From assembly GCA_032718475.1 (NCBI GenBank), contig JAUCBJ010000527.1, positions 1 through 64,000 of the forward strand: 64,000 nucleotides of DNA, in the 5' to 3' direction. Both the position numbers and the translations under genes were made by a program. Of this stretch, positions 1-9,760 are shown piece by piece (positions within the stretch are counted from its first letter, which is position 1; every line of letters starts with the position of its first letter). The notes under the pieces were generated by a model, which had not been told where the DNA came from, ran no database searches, and was given only the letters and a program-made list of their open reading frames with translations. Origin of the DNA: Nemertoderma westbladi (Eukaryota > Animalia > Xenacoelomorpha).

Positions 1-119
1 GCTATCAGTCGCATTTTTTCTAAGCCCTGACATATTATGCATTAAGCCTATTTATATTAGCCTACTGTACCAGACTGAAAATCATATTTTTTAGATTGTT
101 GGCTGGTTATATTTACTTA

Positions 120-1700
120 ACATACTGTACTTTATTTGACATACAGTATTTGACTTAGCTTATTCTACTTGACATAATTGACTTGACATACTTGACTTGA
201 CAAAGTTGATTTAACTAAGATGTGCCAATAATGCTCCCACAGGAACCATCAGCTATTACAAAAAGCCCGATAATTGTCAATCATCTAAGTAATCTTCAGG
301 ATAACCAATTTCATAATATAATAGTCGATTTTTTTGGAGTCCAGCCAATGGCATTCTAGAACGGTTTATGTAGCACAATGTAGCGACGTCATTAAGTACG
401 CTGATTTGCCAACCCTGCGAGTTGGTAAATATTCGGATTCTAGGCCTGGGACGGTATTATGATGGGGGGTGGTAGTGCTGGTGTCAAGTCTAGCATGTCA
501 AGTCAAGTATATCAAAATAAATTAGAAATTAGAACCTTAACATTCCTACACCATTACTGAATATAGTGTCTTTCTTTTAGTGTCGATATTATATTGCACC
601 AGTTGCGCCGTTATTCTTCGTACTGTATTTATAGTGAATTCTGGGTTCCAAAGGAAAGGTCATGGAAGCGTGTCAGAAAACGCGGCTAAAAGCGCGGAAA
701 AAACGCCTCAACGAAAATGGCCTTCTCAGTAGGCCTTGTGCAAATTATTATTTTTTTTCTACCTTTGGCGTTTTATGGACTTCAATTGACGAAATTGTTT
801 CATAATGCGATTAAGTTGTGACAATGAAAAGATATATGCATAAATAATGGAATCAAGTGTATTCACAGTGTTGAAGTCAATGGCTTCTATGTCCAACTCA
901 ATTTATCGATTAAACTCAATGATATTGAATTTATTTTCCTTAAAGTTACCCACTCTTCTACACATGTGTGTGAAAGTCAAAGCCAAGCTAACATTAAAGC
1001 ATAGAACATCGCCGTGACCGTCACAAAGGTCGAACCCCCCCTCCCCCTGTCACAAAATGTCACGCAAAAAAGACTGTCTACCCCCCCCCCCCCCCCCCCC
1101 CTAGTGCGTGACATACTTTATGAACGCCCCCCTTGTCATTTTATCGACTTCAATTGACGAAATAGTTCCATTATGCGATTAAGTTTTAACAATGAAAACA
1201 TTTATGCATAAATATTGTAGCAGACATAGCCTGTTTAAGTGATCACATTACTTGAGGCACTTGACTTCTCTTGGCGGAAGAAATTCAAGTCATGAATTTC
1301 AATTCAAGTATGTCAAGTCTGGTCAATTCAAGTACATATGTCGGGTCAATTATTTTGTCAAGTCAAGTCCTAGTTTGTCAAGTAAAGTGTATCAAGCGAA
1401 GTCTAGTATGCCAAGTCAAGCACATTTATATCAAGTGAAGTCAAGTATATCACGTCAGTTATGTCAGGCCAAGTCATGTCAAGTCAATAATTTCAAGTCA
1501 AGTAAAATATGTTAATTTGTCAAGTCAAGTAATGTACAGTATGTTACGTAAATATGTCAACAGAAGTATATCAAATCAAATAGGCCTATATCTTTAAGTC
1601 AAGTGGAGTATGACAAATAAATTATGTCAAACCAAAAATCACAAGCCATGACAAGTACCGATATGTCAAATCAAGTATGACAAGTCAAGTATGTCAAATG
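120..1700. repeat. Degenerate GTCAA/TTGAC pentamer arrays in opposite orientations (120-215 TTGAC; 1290-1700 GTCAA), like subterminal repeats of a non-autonomous DNA transposon
   Basis: Many acttgac units at 120-215 and gtcaagt units at 1290-1700; acatactgtac (~120) is the reverse complement of gtacagtatgt (~1534). Confidence 0.55.
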
Positions 1701-2099
1701 AAGATGGTAGAAATGAAATGATAGATGGGATTCAGTTGTTTCGGTCGCTCTCTCTATGTATAGATAGTAAACAGCAACACAGATTAGCGACGAACTTTAT
1801 ATGAAATACCAGTTGAAGACAGTTTTTACTTAGAAACCATGAAATGGAGACATAGCTTAATTCGCATTATTTTATAATGAAACAGTAAACGAAATTTTCA
1901 TATCTATTTTAGTTTTGGAGTTATTTGATTTTTTGTAGACCTCACTTATTTTGAAATTAGTATAAATTTAAGTGGTCAATTTTTTGTAAGATAAGCTATT
2001 ACTTTTTCAACATACTATAATTGTATTTGTCCTACAGGATAATTTTCGCTATGAGTTTTCCTGTTCAGTGATTTCATTTCAATTGTTACTTTCCACGGC

Positions 2100-2558
2100 T
2101 GACGGATTCTAGACTGTCCATCAGTCTGTCTGTCTGTCTGTGTGTCGGTTTGTCTGTCAAAATTAGGGAAATATGATATGTAACAAAATATTTTGCTTGT
2201 GGGTGAAATGAAATCACTGACCAAGAAAACCCCATAATTATTTGTTAATTTGATATATTTCTCAATTTTGACAGACAAAAGACAAACAGGACAGACAGAC
2301 GTAAAAACATTAAATAATCAATCAAACGTAAAAAAAATAGCTACCGGAAATGAAATTACCGACCAAGAAAACCCCATAAATAGATATGTTTCTTAATTTG
2401 ATTTATTTCTCAATTTTGACAGAAAGACAGACCGACAGACAGACGTACAAACATTAAACAATAAATCAAACGTAAACATAGATATCAGAAATGAAATCAC
2501 CAACCAAGAAAACCCCATATATAAATTTTTTTGTTAATTTGATTTAGTTCTCAATTTC

Positions 2559-2596
<38 letters not shown>

Positions 2597-2940
2597 AAGT
2601 CTAGATTTCTTTAAACTGGAAAAGTGAAATTTTAACTGTAATTACCACCCAGTGACATTTTAAATGTTATCACCACCCAGAAAAACCTTATAACACAAAT
2701 TTTGAACAGTTTGTGCACTTCTTAAATTTTAACAGACTGACAAACCAAAAACAGACAGACTGACTGACATGCAGACAATCGTCTAGAATCGATATATAGT
2801 GAAAACCGATATCGTATTATAAATCATCGGCAAATAAAAACCCAATAGCAAAAAAATTTAGGTGGTGGTGTTATATTTATTTATTTGTTACATTTTTGAC
2901 AGAGAAACAGACAAGTATTCAGACAAACAGACAGAGTGAC
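2100..2940. repeat. ~120-140-bp degenerate tandem units carrying (GACA)n microsatellites
   Basis: Recurring accaagaaaacccc at ~2220, 2363, 2503 with gacagacag runs; similar tracts at 61540-61740. Confidence 0.6.
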
Positions 2941-4574
2941 CTCCAATAAAAATACAAATTAAAATATTGTCGCCAAAGTTCCATACACTGAAGTGTATCT
3001 GAATTCTGACGTATGTACCTAATGTTTTACAAGTCTGCTTTGAAATATCGTAAAAGTTTACATAATAATCCCCCAATTACAGAAAATTGGCGGGAACATT
3101 TGAAACTCTCATAACTTTAAAGCCGTTTTTCTCAAAACTTTGTTAATATTTGGTCATTAGACTACTAATTTTCAAAACTCAATATCTTTATCGGATTTGA
3201 AATCTGTTTTCAGTGTTCGATTCAGCATAAAAATGTGTATTTGAATCAATAAAAAAACACAAAATTATTTTTTGTAACCGTAGGTCGGATTCTTGATCAA
3301 ACCCCACATTTTTAGATAATTAGTCATTATTATCATATGTAATAAATCACACAAGAATTTGCACCACAGGTTTCTTGGACGTATTTTTAACTTGTATATT
3401 TATTTTTTATACAACAGACGTGTTTCATCAGTACTAATTACATAATTTGTTACATTATTCATTCTTGCTGTATATATTGCATATTATAATGGCGAATTAA
3501 TGCTATTAACTTTTGACGCATTTGCAACTATATATATATATATTTCATGTGTATGATAAAAAGGCATATATGTTACATACATATATCGCATCATTTTACT
3601 ACAATTCAACATTATTTTGGTGATAGCATTAACTAATGTTTCCTTTATTAAATGAGAATAAACTATTTAAAACAAAAATAATATCTAAAAGTATTAGTTA
3701 GTTAGTTTATTTATGATGATCTTAATCTGATGATTGTAATCTGAACACTGTATATTGTATAATTCATAGCCCCATAATAAAAATAAATTGGCAAGATACC
3801 ATCATATCAGTTCATTATTACCAGCATTAATTCAACACAGTGGCGATCCACTTAGACTATTTACTCTATCTAATGGAAACTACCCATTTACAAGCGAGTT
3901 TATCAAAAGTGAAGCAGTTTAGCACAGAAAAAGCTTTCTTCGTGGTGGATTAAGTAATTTTATGTTCATTGGTACTTTGCACTGGTTGAACAAAAAAATA
4001 GTGTGTGACATCTGACTTTAGACCTAAAATACACTGAGAGCGCCACTAAGGCGTAATCGTTACAAGTAGTCAATACGCCCAGATATCCATGATAACGCCC
4101 TTGTTACATTTCCCAAAATCGTTAAAACGCCGTTATACATAACCATTTATGTCGAATTCGCTACGTGTTACATCTATATATATTTCTCTATGTATTATAT
4201 TTTTCAATAAATAAATATACACCACTCAGTCACTTAAAAAATATAGCTACTCTTTTGCAAATTTTCGGGTTTACGCAATCGTTCTTCATGCATTATGTCA
4301 TTTAATCAATTATTATGGTTTTATATTTTTTGCACTAATGTTCTATTTAAATTATACTGTAGTTTCCTAGCAACCTAGCTAGCCTGTATTATAAATATGT
4401 TTAGTTTTGAATATTCTCTGAGACATTTTAGAAAATTTATATATTTTGAATAGCTGTAACAACAAATTAACAACTTTAAATGTTCAATATAGTAAGTATG
4501 GAAAAAATTAGAAACATTGAAACAGTTTCAAGCGCAAAAAATGAAAGTATGTATACGTGAAAATCCATTATTCT

Positions 4575-5111
4575 TGTGACGGGATCCAAGAGGGATCCCG
4601 ATTTATCCGGTTGTGGTAATTTAGTCCATGCGTCCCCGCCGTGTATAAGGATGAAATAAAGTGACTGAGTTCTGAAGTTCGGTGTATAATAGGAGGTTAT
4701 AAGATATAGATATATAGTGAATGTGTACAAGGCGGGATACGGTAACTAAAGTCCCGTGATCCCCTAACTAAACTAATTGGCTGTACCCTACGCTAGCACT
4801 GCTGCACTGTGATAACTGAATCACTGATTAATAGGTTATTGGTTATATTGCACGGTGGCCTTACTGCTACTCAATCGATGCCATTCCCCCCTCTGATTGG
4901 TTAGTACCCTTGTTGGCGCCCCGTGGAGTATTCCCGTTCACTCCACTGTGTTCTCTGGGTTAGGGGTTTGGCCCCTGACCCTCTATTGTGTGCTTCCTTC
5001 CCACTCTTATTGGGATGGCGCGAGTTGGTTAATTGCCCAATCTCGCGGCTCCCAATATTGCTTATCGGCTTACAACTTTATGGGGTGTTGGCGGGATTGA
5101 ATAAGCTAACA
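4575..5111 (-). repeat. 3' LTR (537 bp)
   Basis: Starts tgtgacggg and ends aagctaaca on +; I found only two differences from 18353-18889. Confidence 0.97.
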
Positions 5112-5150
5112 CTCCCCCCCATGCTATCTTCCCGGTAAGAAGATAGCATC
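5112..5150 (-). promoter_or_regulatory. Polypurine tract, partly inside a hairpin
   Basis: Minus strand reads ATGCTATCTTC-TTACCGG-GAAGATAGCAT, then a G run and AG, directly before the LTR TG. Confidence 0.9.
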
Positions 5151-5815
5151 AACCTAAAAGTGCGCTACAATCCCGCTGGATCCCGATCTAGTATCGGGTG
5201 TGGGGTGGAATTCTTTTCTCTTGGAGCCGGCTTTCCAGGCCGCCTCCTATGGGTATGATAACGCTACCCCGTGTGCCTGGCGTCTCATGTCGGGCCGATC
5301 GCGCTCACCTCTTCACACGACTTTTGTTTCCCCAACACTTTCGCCCTATCTCACCTTCACTCTCATCCTAACTCTCTCACATTCGGACCTCCCCGTCCCT
5401 TACTCAGCCTCTTATTCTCCCCCCCCCACACTAGAATTGCGTTCGCACTCTCTCCTCACTTCGCACTCTTATTCCGATTCTCAACCCCACTTTGACTGTT
5501 TTATCTCTCTTGACGAACCTCCCCCCCCTTTCGTGCCGTCGCACTCAAGAAGCGTGAAGTTGTCAGTTGTCTCGTCCATAGTGCCATAGTCAATTGTCCC
5601 CCAGTCCCAGTAGCTAATTGAGAAAGGTTGTATGACTATAGTACTTACTCCAAACGTATGTATTTACTGCTAATCACTACGTACGTACATACAAATTGCA
5701 CTTATATGGTTATTTGCATTAATTAAATTTATACTTAATAGTTCGTACGTTACATGCGGCGCCTTCCAGGCGCACCACTTCCCAGTCTCAGTCTCATTCC
5801 CTCGTCTCCGGGAAC

Positions 5816-6619
5816 TTATCTGTTCCTCCTCACGTCCTCTTCCCTGGCCCGTTTCTTGGTTATCACTGCTCCTCTGGCATCATCCGCTTTCTGCTTCCGG
5901 ACCTTCGCTGCCACTTCCTTGCTGATCCCGGTCGTCGGCTCTTTGGGCGCTGGTGTTATCAAAGCCCGATACCGCTTCGCCGGTGGCCCCTCAGAATGGC
6001 CTGGTTGTCTCCCTCGTGTGGCGTCCCATAGGATCATCTTCATTGCCTTTGGTACGTGTTCCGCCAAGAAATCCCTAAACTCCCTCCGGTTCTCTGGTGT
6101 CCACCTGTCCAGGTACCGTTGCGTGTTCATAACTCCGGCGAACGATGCCGCCGTAGCTACCTCTTGATAGGTAAACGGTAACCTTCGCTTTATGATTTCC
6201 ATGTGGGTCTCCTGGTTTATGAGGAAGAAACCCCACTTGAACTCTTGGGCCTTCATGCGCTGGCGCGTCATGGCCCCGACGTCGGCCCACTCCTCGAACC
6301 TCGTGAACTTCTCTTCGTCGCTCATCCAGTCGCACTCGCGTCCGTAGTGTCCCCGAAAGTGGCACTTTGGACATCGGTTATGCAACCGTGGACACGCCCC
6401 CATCCTGTGACTTGGTTCTCTACAATAGAGACAAAAGGTTCCCCGTTGGAACCGGTATAGGCAGCTGCTTTCCTGATGGGTTTGTCTCCCACAGTAGTCG
6501 CAGCCGAGTACCAATGTCTCGCGTCCCACCTCGTCCTTCGTCCCAAGCGATCTCCGCGGTCTATGGAGTCGCTGGTAGGCAAACTTCTCCACGTTGCTCT
6601 CCCTGTTTACGTCGATCTC
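5816..6619 (-). CDS. C-terminal part of accessory ORF3: three CCHC zinc knuckles and a basic tail
   Basis: CDYCGRQTHQESSC, CLYCREPSHRMGAC and CPKCHFRGHYGREC all fit CX2CX4HX4C; same frame as 6620-8359, separated by one TGA (GGC TGA GAG ATC GAC). Confidence 0.85.
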   Translation of the reverse strand, partial: EIDVNRESNVEKFAYQRLHRPRRSLGTKDEVGRETLVLGCDYCGRQTHQESSCLYRFQRGTFCLYCREPSHRMGACPRLHNRCPKCHFRGHYGRECDWMSDEEKFTRFEEWADVGAMTRQRMKAQEFKWGFFLINQETHMEIIKRRLPFTYQEVATAASFAGVMNTQRYLDRWTPENRREFRDFLAEHVPKAMKMILWDATRGRQPGHSEGPPAKRYRALITPAPKEPTTGISKEVAAKVRKQKADDARGAVITKKRAREEDVRRNR

Positions 6620-8350
6620 TCAGCCCCTCTCGGGCATTGTCTCCCCGAATACTATCCGTGGTGCCGTCCCCGGTTGCTCGCCCAACCTGATGGTGCTCCC
6701 CGCGAAATCCATCGCCGGCCCCTCGTGCACCCAGGTCCGCTTGCCGGATCTGTTCCAGAAGGCCCTCGCCCCACTGGCCGTCACCACCCTCCCGCCAACC
6801 CAGTCCGTGTCCGAGTGGCCTATCCTTTCGATGGGCGGTATCTCTCCGAATTCGTCGTCGTCGTCCTCCTCTTCTGGTAGTGTCTCCAATCCCGGTATCC
6901 CGATGGATCCACTATGTCCCTTCCCGCCTTGGCTCTCGCCCGTAGCTCTCCATCCCTCTAGCTCCCTTAACTTCCTTGGCGGTTGGTCGCCCTCGGCGCC
7001 CGCTGGTATGGGCATCGTCTGCAACCCCGACGTCGACTGTTTCGGCGATCCCACCGTCCATCCCAATTCTCGTCCTAGAGACTCCCCCGAACTCCCTGAC
7101 GAAGTCCAATGAAGCTCGTCTAGACCCGCCTGTTCCTCGAAGCCATAACTCTGTGTCCTGGCCTCCTCTTCCCTCTCCTCTGCTTCTATCCTCTCCCGTC
7201 TGGCGACTTCTTCCAGTCGCTTTGCTTCCCGTCTATCCATCTCTAGCTGCTCCCATCTCTGATACGGTGTATCTGTCTCCCCATCTACCAGATGTCGGCT
7301 GTTGTAGTACACCGACTCGCCCTTCAGCCCCGGGTGGTCTACCAGACCGTCAAAGGCCGTCTTAAAGGCTCTCCTGTAGCTTAGGGGTGATCCCGATAAC
7401 AGAAATGCCCCTGGTTCTCTTTCGATAACTACGGTCATGAATAAGTTAAGTAAACTTATCATCATCCAGTCCTCCTGCAGGATATATCGCTTCTGATATA
7501 CCTTTATCGCTCCTCTGCGAAACTGATATACCTCCTGCTTTCCCGGTCTCGCTCCCCACTTCAGCGAGTTCGCTAGTTCTACTCCGTATTCTTCCCTAAA
7601 CTTCCCCCAATCCATTGGTTTGTGGCATACGAGCCCCAACAATTGGCCCATCGCCACCGCCCCGCATTGGCCTGAGTTCTCGACCACCCCCAATCCATCC
7701 GGTGCCGTCATAGCCATAAAGACTTTCTGCATATCCAGGAGGTTGGTGGCGTCCGGACCGATGATCCTCTCCGCGTCCTCGCGAATCGCCGATCCCACTT
7801 TCGTCGTCGACTTCTCTCTTACTAAGACCTGTACCGATTTCGGCAGTCGGTCTAATTTCGGCCCGTCCTTCTTCCCATACGTCCCTAGGTCGAATAAGAA
7901 GATGTCCCCATTTGGCGCTGCCAAATGCAAGAGTATGGTCCTGGCCGACCCTGCCGTTCCTCGTCTCGAACCCGCTTCGTCTTCCACGGTTCCCTCGTCA
8001 TCTAGGATCATATATCCTCCTCTGTTGACGGACTCTATGAATCTTTTCCAGTCCTTCCTCGGCGATTCCCTCGGATACTTCGGAATCCCGAACTTCGCCT
8101 CGTCCCCTTTCACCACGTAGTGGAAGTGTTGGAAGATCGCGTTGTCCAGCGACGGCGTCCCGTAGGTCCCGACCAACCGCTGTTCGTGCGCCTCCCGGAA
8201 GTGATCCTGCAGCGCTCGTGCCGCGTGACCCCTTTCCAACCTCTCGTAGTATCCTCTCGTCTTCTCCTCCGGGTGTCTTTCGGTGAAATCCACCAATATT
8301 TCTTTTCCTCCCGACTCCGCCTTTCTCTTCCTGATCAGCTTACTCGCCAT
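6620..8350 (-). CDS. Accessory ORF3: DEDDy-type (WRN-exo/RNase D/Mut-7-like) 3'-5' exonuclease domain, coiled coil and acidic linker
   Basis: ExoI-like ILDDEG, then LLHLA, IFLFDL, LPKSVQVLVREKSTTKVGSAIREDAERI (ExoII), NLLDMQ and QKRYILQED (ExoIII-like); first ATG at 8350 (MASKLIRKRK). Confidence 0.8.
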   Translation of the reverse strand: MASKLIRKRKAESGGKEILVDFTERHPEEKTRGYYERLERGHAARALQDHFREAHEQRLVGTYGTPSLDNAIFQHFHYVVKGDEAKFGIPKYPRESPRKDWKRFIESVNRGGYMILDDEGTVEDEAGSRRGTAGSARTILLHLAAPNGDIFLFDLGTYGKKDGPKLDRLPKSVQVLVREKSTTKVGSAIREDAERIIGPDATNLLDMQKVFMAMTAPDGLGVVENSGQCGAVAMGQLLGLVCHKPMDWGKFREEYGVELANSLKWGARPGKQEVYQFRRGAIKVYQKRYILQEDWMMISLLNLFMTVVIEREPGAFLLSGSPLSYRRAFKTAFDGLVDHPGLKGESVYYNSRHLVDGETDTPYQRWEQLEMDRREAKRLEEVARRERIEAEEREEEARTQSYGFEEQAGLDELHWTSSGSSGESLGRELGWTVGSPKQSTSGLQTMPIPAGAEGDQPPRKLRELEGWRATGESQGGKGHSGSIGIPGLETLPEEEDDDDEFGEIPPIERIGHSDTDWVGGRVVTASGARAFWNRSGKRTWVHEGPAMDFAGSTIRLGEQPGTAPRIVFGETMPERG

Positions 8351-8859
8351 TCCGAACACTACACTCGCTCACCTGTAGGGTGGTGCCTTACCAAGGCGCA
8401 ATACAGATGAGTGATGTATTGAGATGTTTCCTACAGTTCGATAATGGCCTACTTTTCTACTTAACTGCGCCTTTCAAGCTTAATTTAACCTAATTAATTT
8501 CGGAGCTAGTAAATCAGCCTAATTTACAATTTCCGTCCGTTACTTTTATTATGTTCTAGAACGACTTTCTTTGTGTTACCACTATTTTCGATTTTTAGCC
8601 CTATTCTATTTATTTATATATTTTGCTTTGATTCTACTGTCCTAGTACTTACTACTGCCTATGGATTTATTCTATTCTCTCTCTGATCCATATTCTGGCC
8701 TACTCAGTGGGCCTATGCAGTACAGCAGTATGCGTCGTGTGGCCACACGATTTATCCAGCTGCACTCATATGCCCCCCTCTCGCTACTAACTCTACTTAC
8801 TGCTATCTAATATCTATATCCTATTTTACCCCTTCTACCTCTTACTCTCTCTTTCTAAC

Positions 8860-9645
8860 TAATGGTACTACGTACCCTCTAACTCTAACTCTAACTAGGT
8901 ACCACGTACCTACTAACTCTAACTCTATCGGTACTACCTACCCTCTAACTCTAACTCTATCTAGGTACTACGTACCTAGTAACTCTCTAACTATCGGTAC
9001 TACGTACCCTCTAACTCTAACTCTAACTAGGTACTACGTACCTACTAACTCTAAGTCTATCGGTACTACCTACCCTCTAACTCTAACTCTAACTAGGCAT
9101 TACGTACCCTCTAACTCTAACTCTAACTAGGTACTACGTACCTACTAACTCTAACTCTATCGGTACTACGTACCTACTAACTCTAACTCTAACTAGGTAC
9201 TACGTACCTACTAACTCTCTAACTATCGGTACTACGTACCCTCTAACTCTAACTAACTATTGGTACTACGTACCTACTAACTCTAACTCTATCGGTACTA
9301 CCTACCCTCTAACTCTAACTCTAACTAGGCATTACGTACCCTCTAACTCTAACTCTAACTAGGTACTACGTACCTACTAACTCTAACTCTATCGGTACTA
9401 CGTACCTACTAACTCTAACTCTAACTAGGTACTACGTACCTACTAACTCTCTAACTATCGGTACTGCGTACCTACTAACTAACTAACTCTAGGTACTACG
9501 TACCTACTAACTAACTAACTCTAGGTACTACGTACCTACTGACTCTCTAACTATAGGTACTACGTACCTACTAACTAACTAACTCTAGATACTACGTACC
9601 TACTAACTAACTAACTCTAGGTACTACGTACCCTCTAACCAACTA
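8860..9645. repeat. Array of ~24 GGTAC-TAC-GTACC hairpin units with 32-34-bp period, separated by (CTCTAA)/(CTAA) spacers
   Basis: Cores counted from ~8864 to ~9620; variants ggtactacctacc and ggcattacgtacc recur as a higher-order repeat. Confidence 0.95.
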
Positions 9646-9760
9646 ACTTTTATTTATTTTTATTTTATTTTATTTTATTTGTGTGGGAAGGGCGTCTCGC
9701 CCTCAATCCCACCCCCCTCAGTCCAAAACTTGGACGACTAAACATCACACTAACTCTAAT

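Noticed and set aside
1010-1132. Harbinger-like MITE end (tgacatactttatgaacgcccccc)
   Set aside because: No matching second TIR or TSD found, so it cannot be delimited
4476-5138. Short ORFs in and across the LTRs (also 18278-18958)
   Set aside because: They use non-ATG starts, cross LTR boundaries and have no motifs; they recur only because the LTR is repeated
5816-8359. env gene
   Set aside because: No signal peptide, TM anchor or fusion-protein Cys pattern; the motifs fit a nuclease and zinc knuckles
8860-9645. CRISPR array or telomeric repeat
   Set aside because: Spacers are repetitive rather than unique, no cas genes are present, and the context is eukaryotic; TTAGAG runs are only 2-3 units long and lie inside an LTR element
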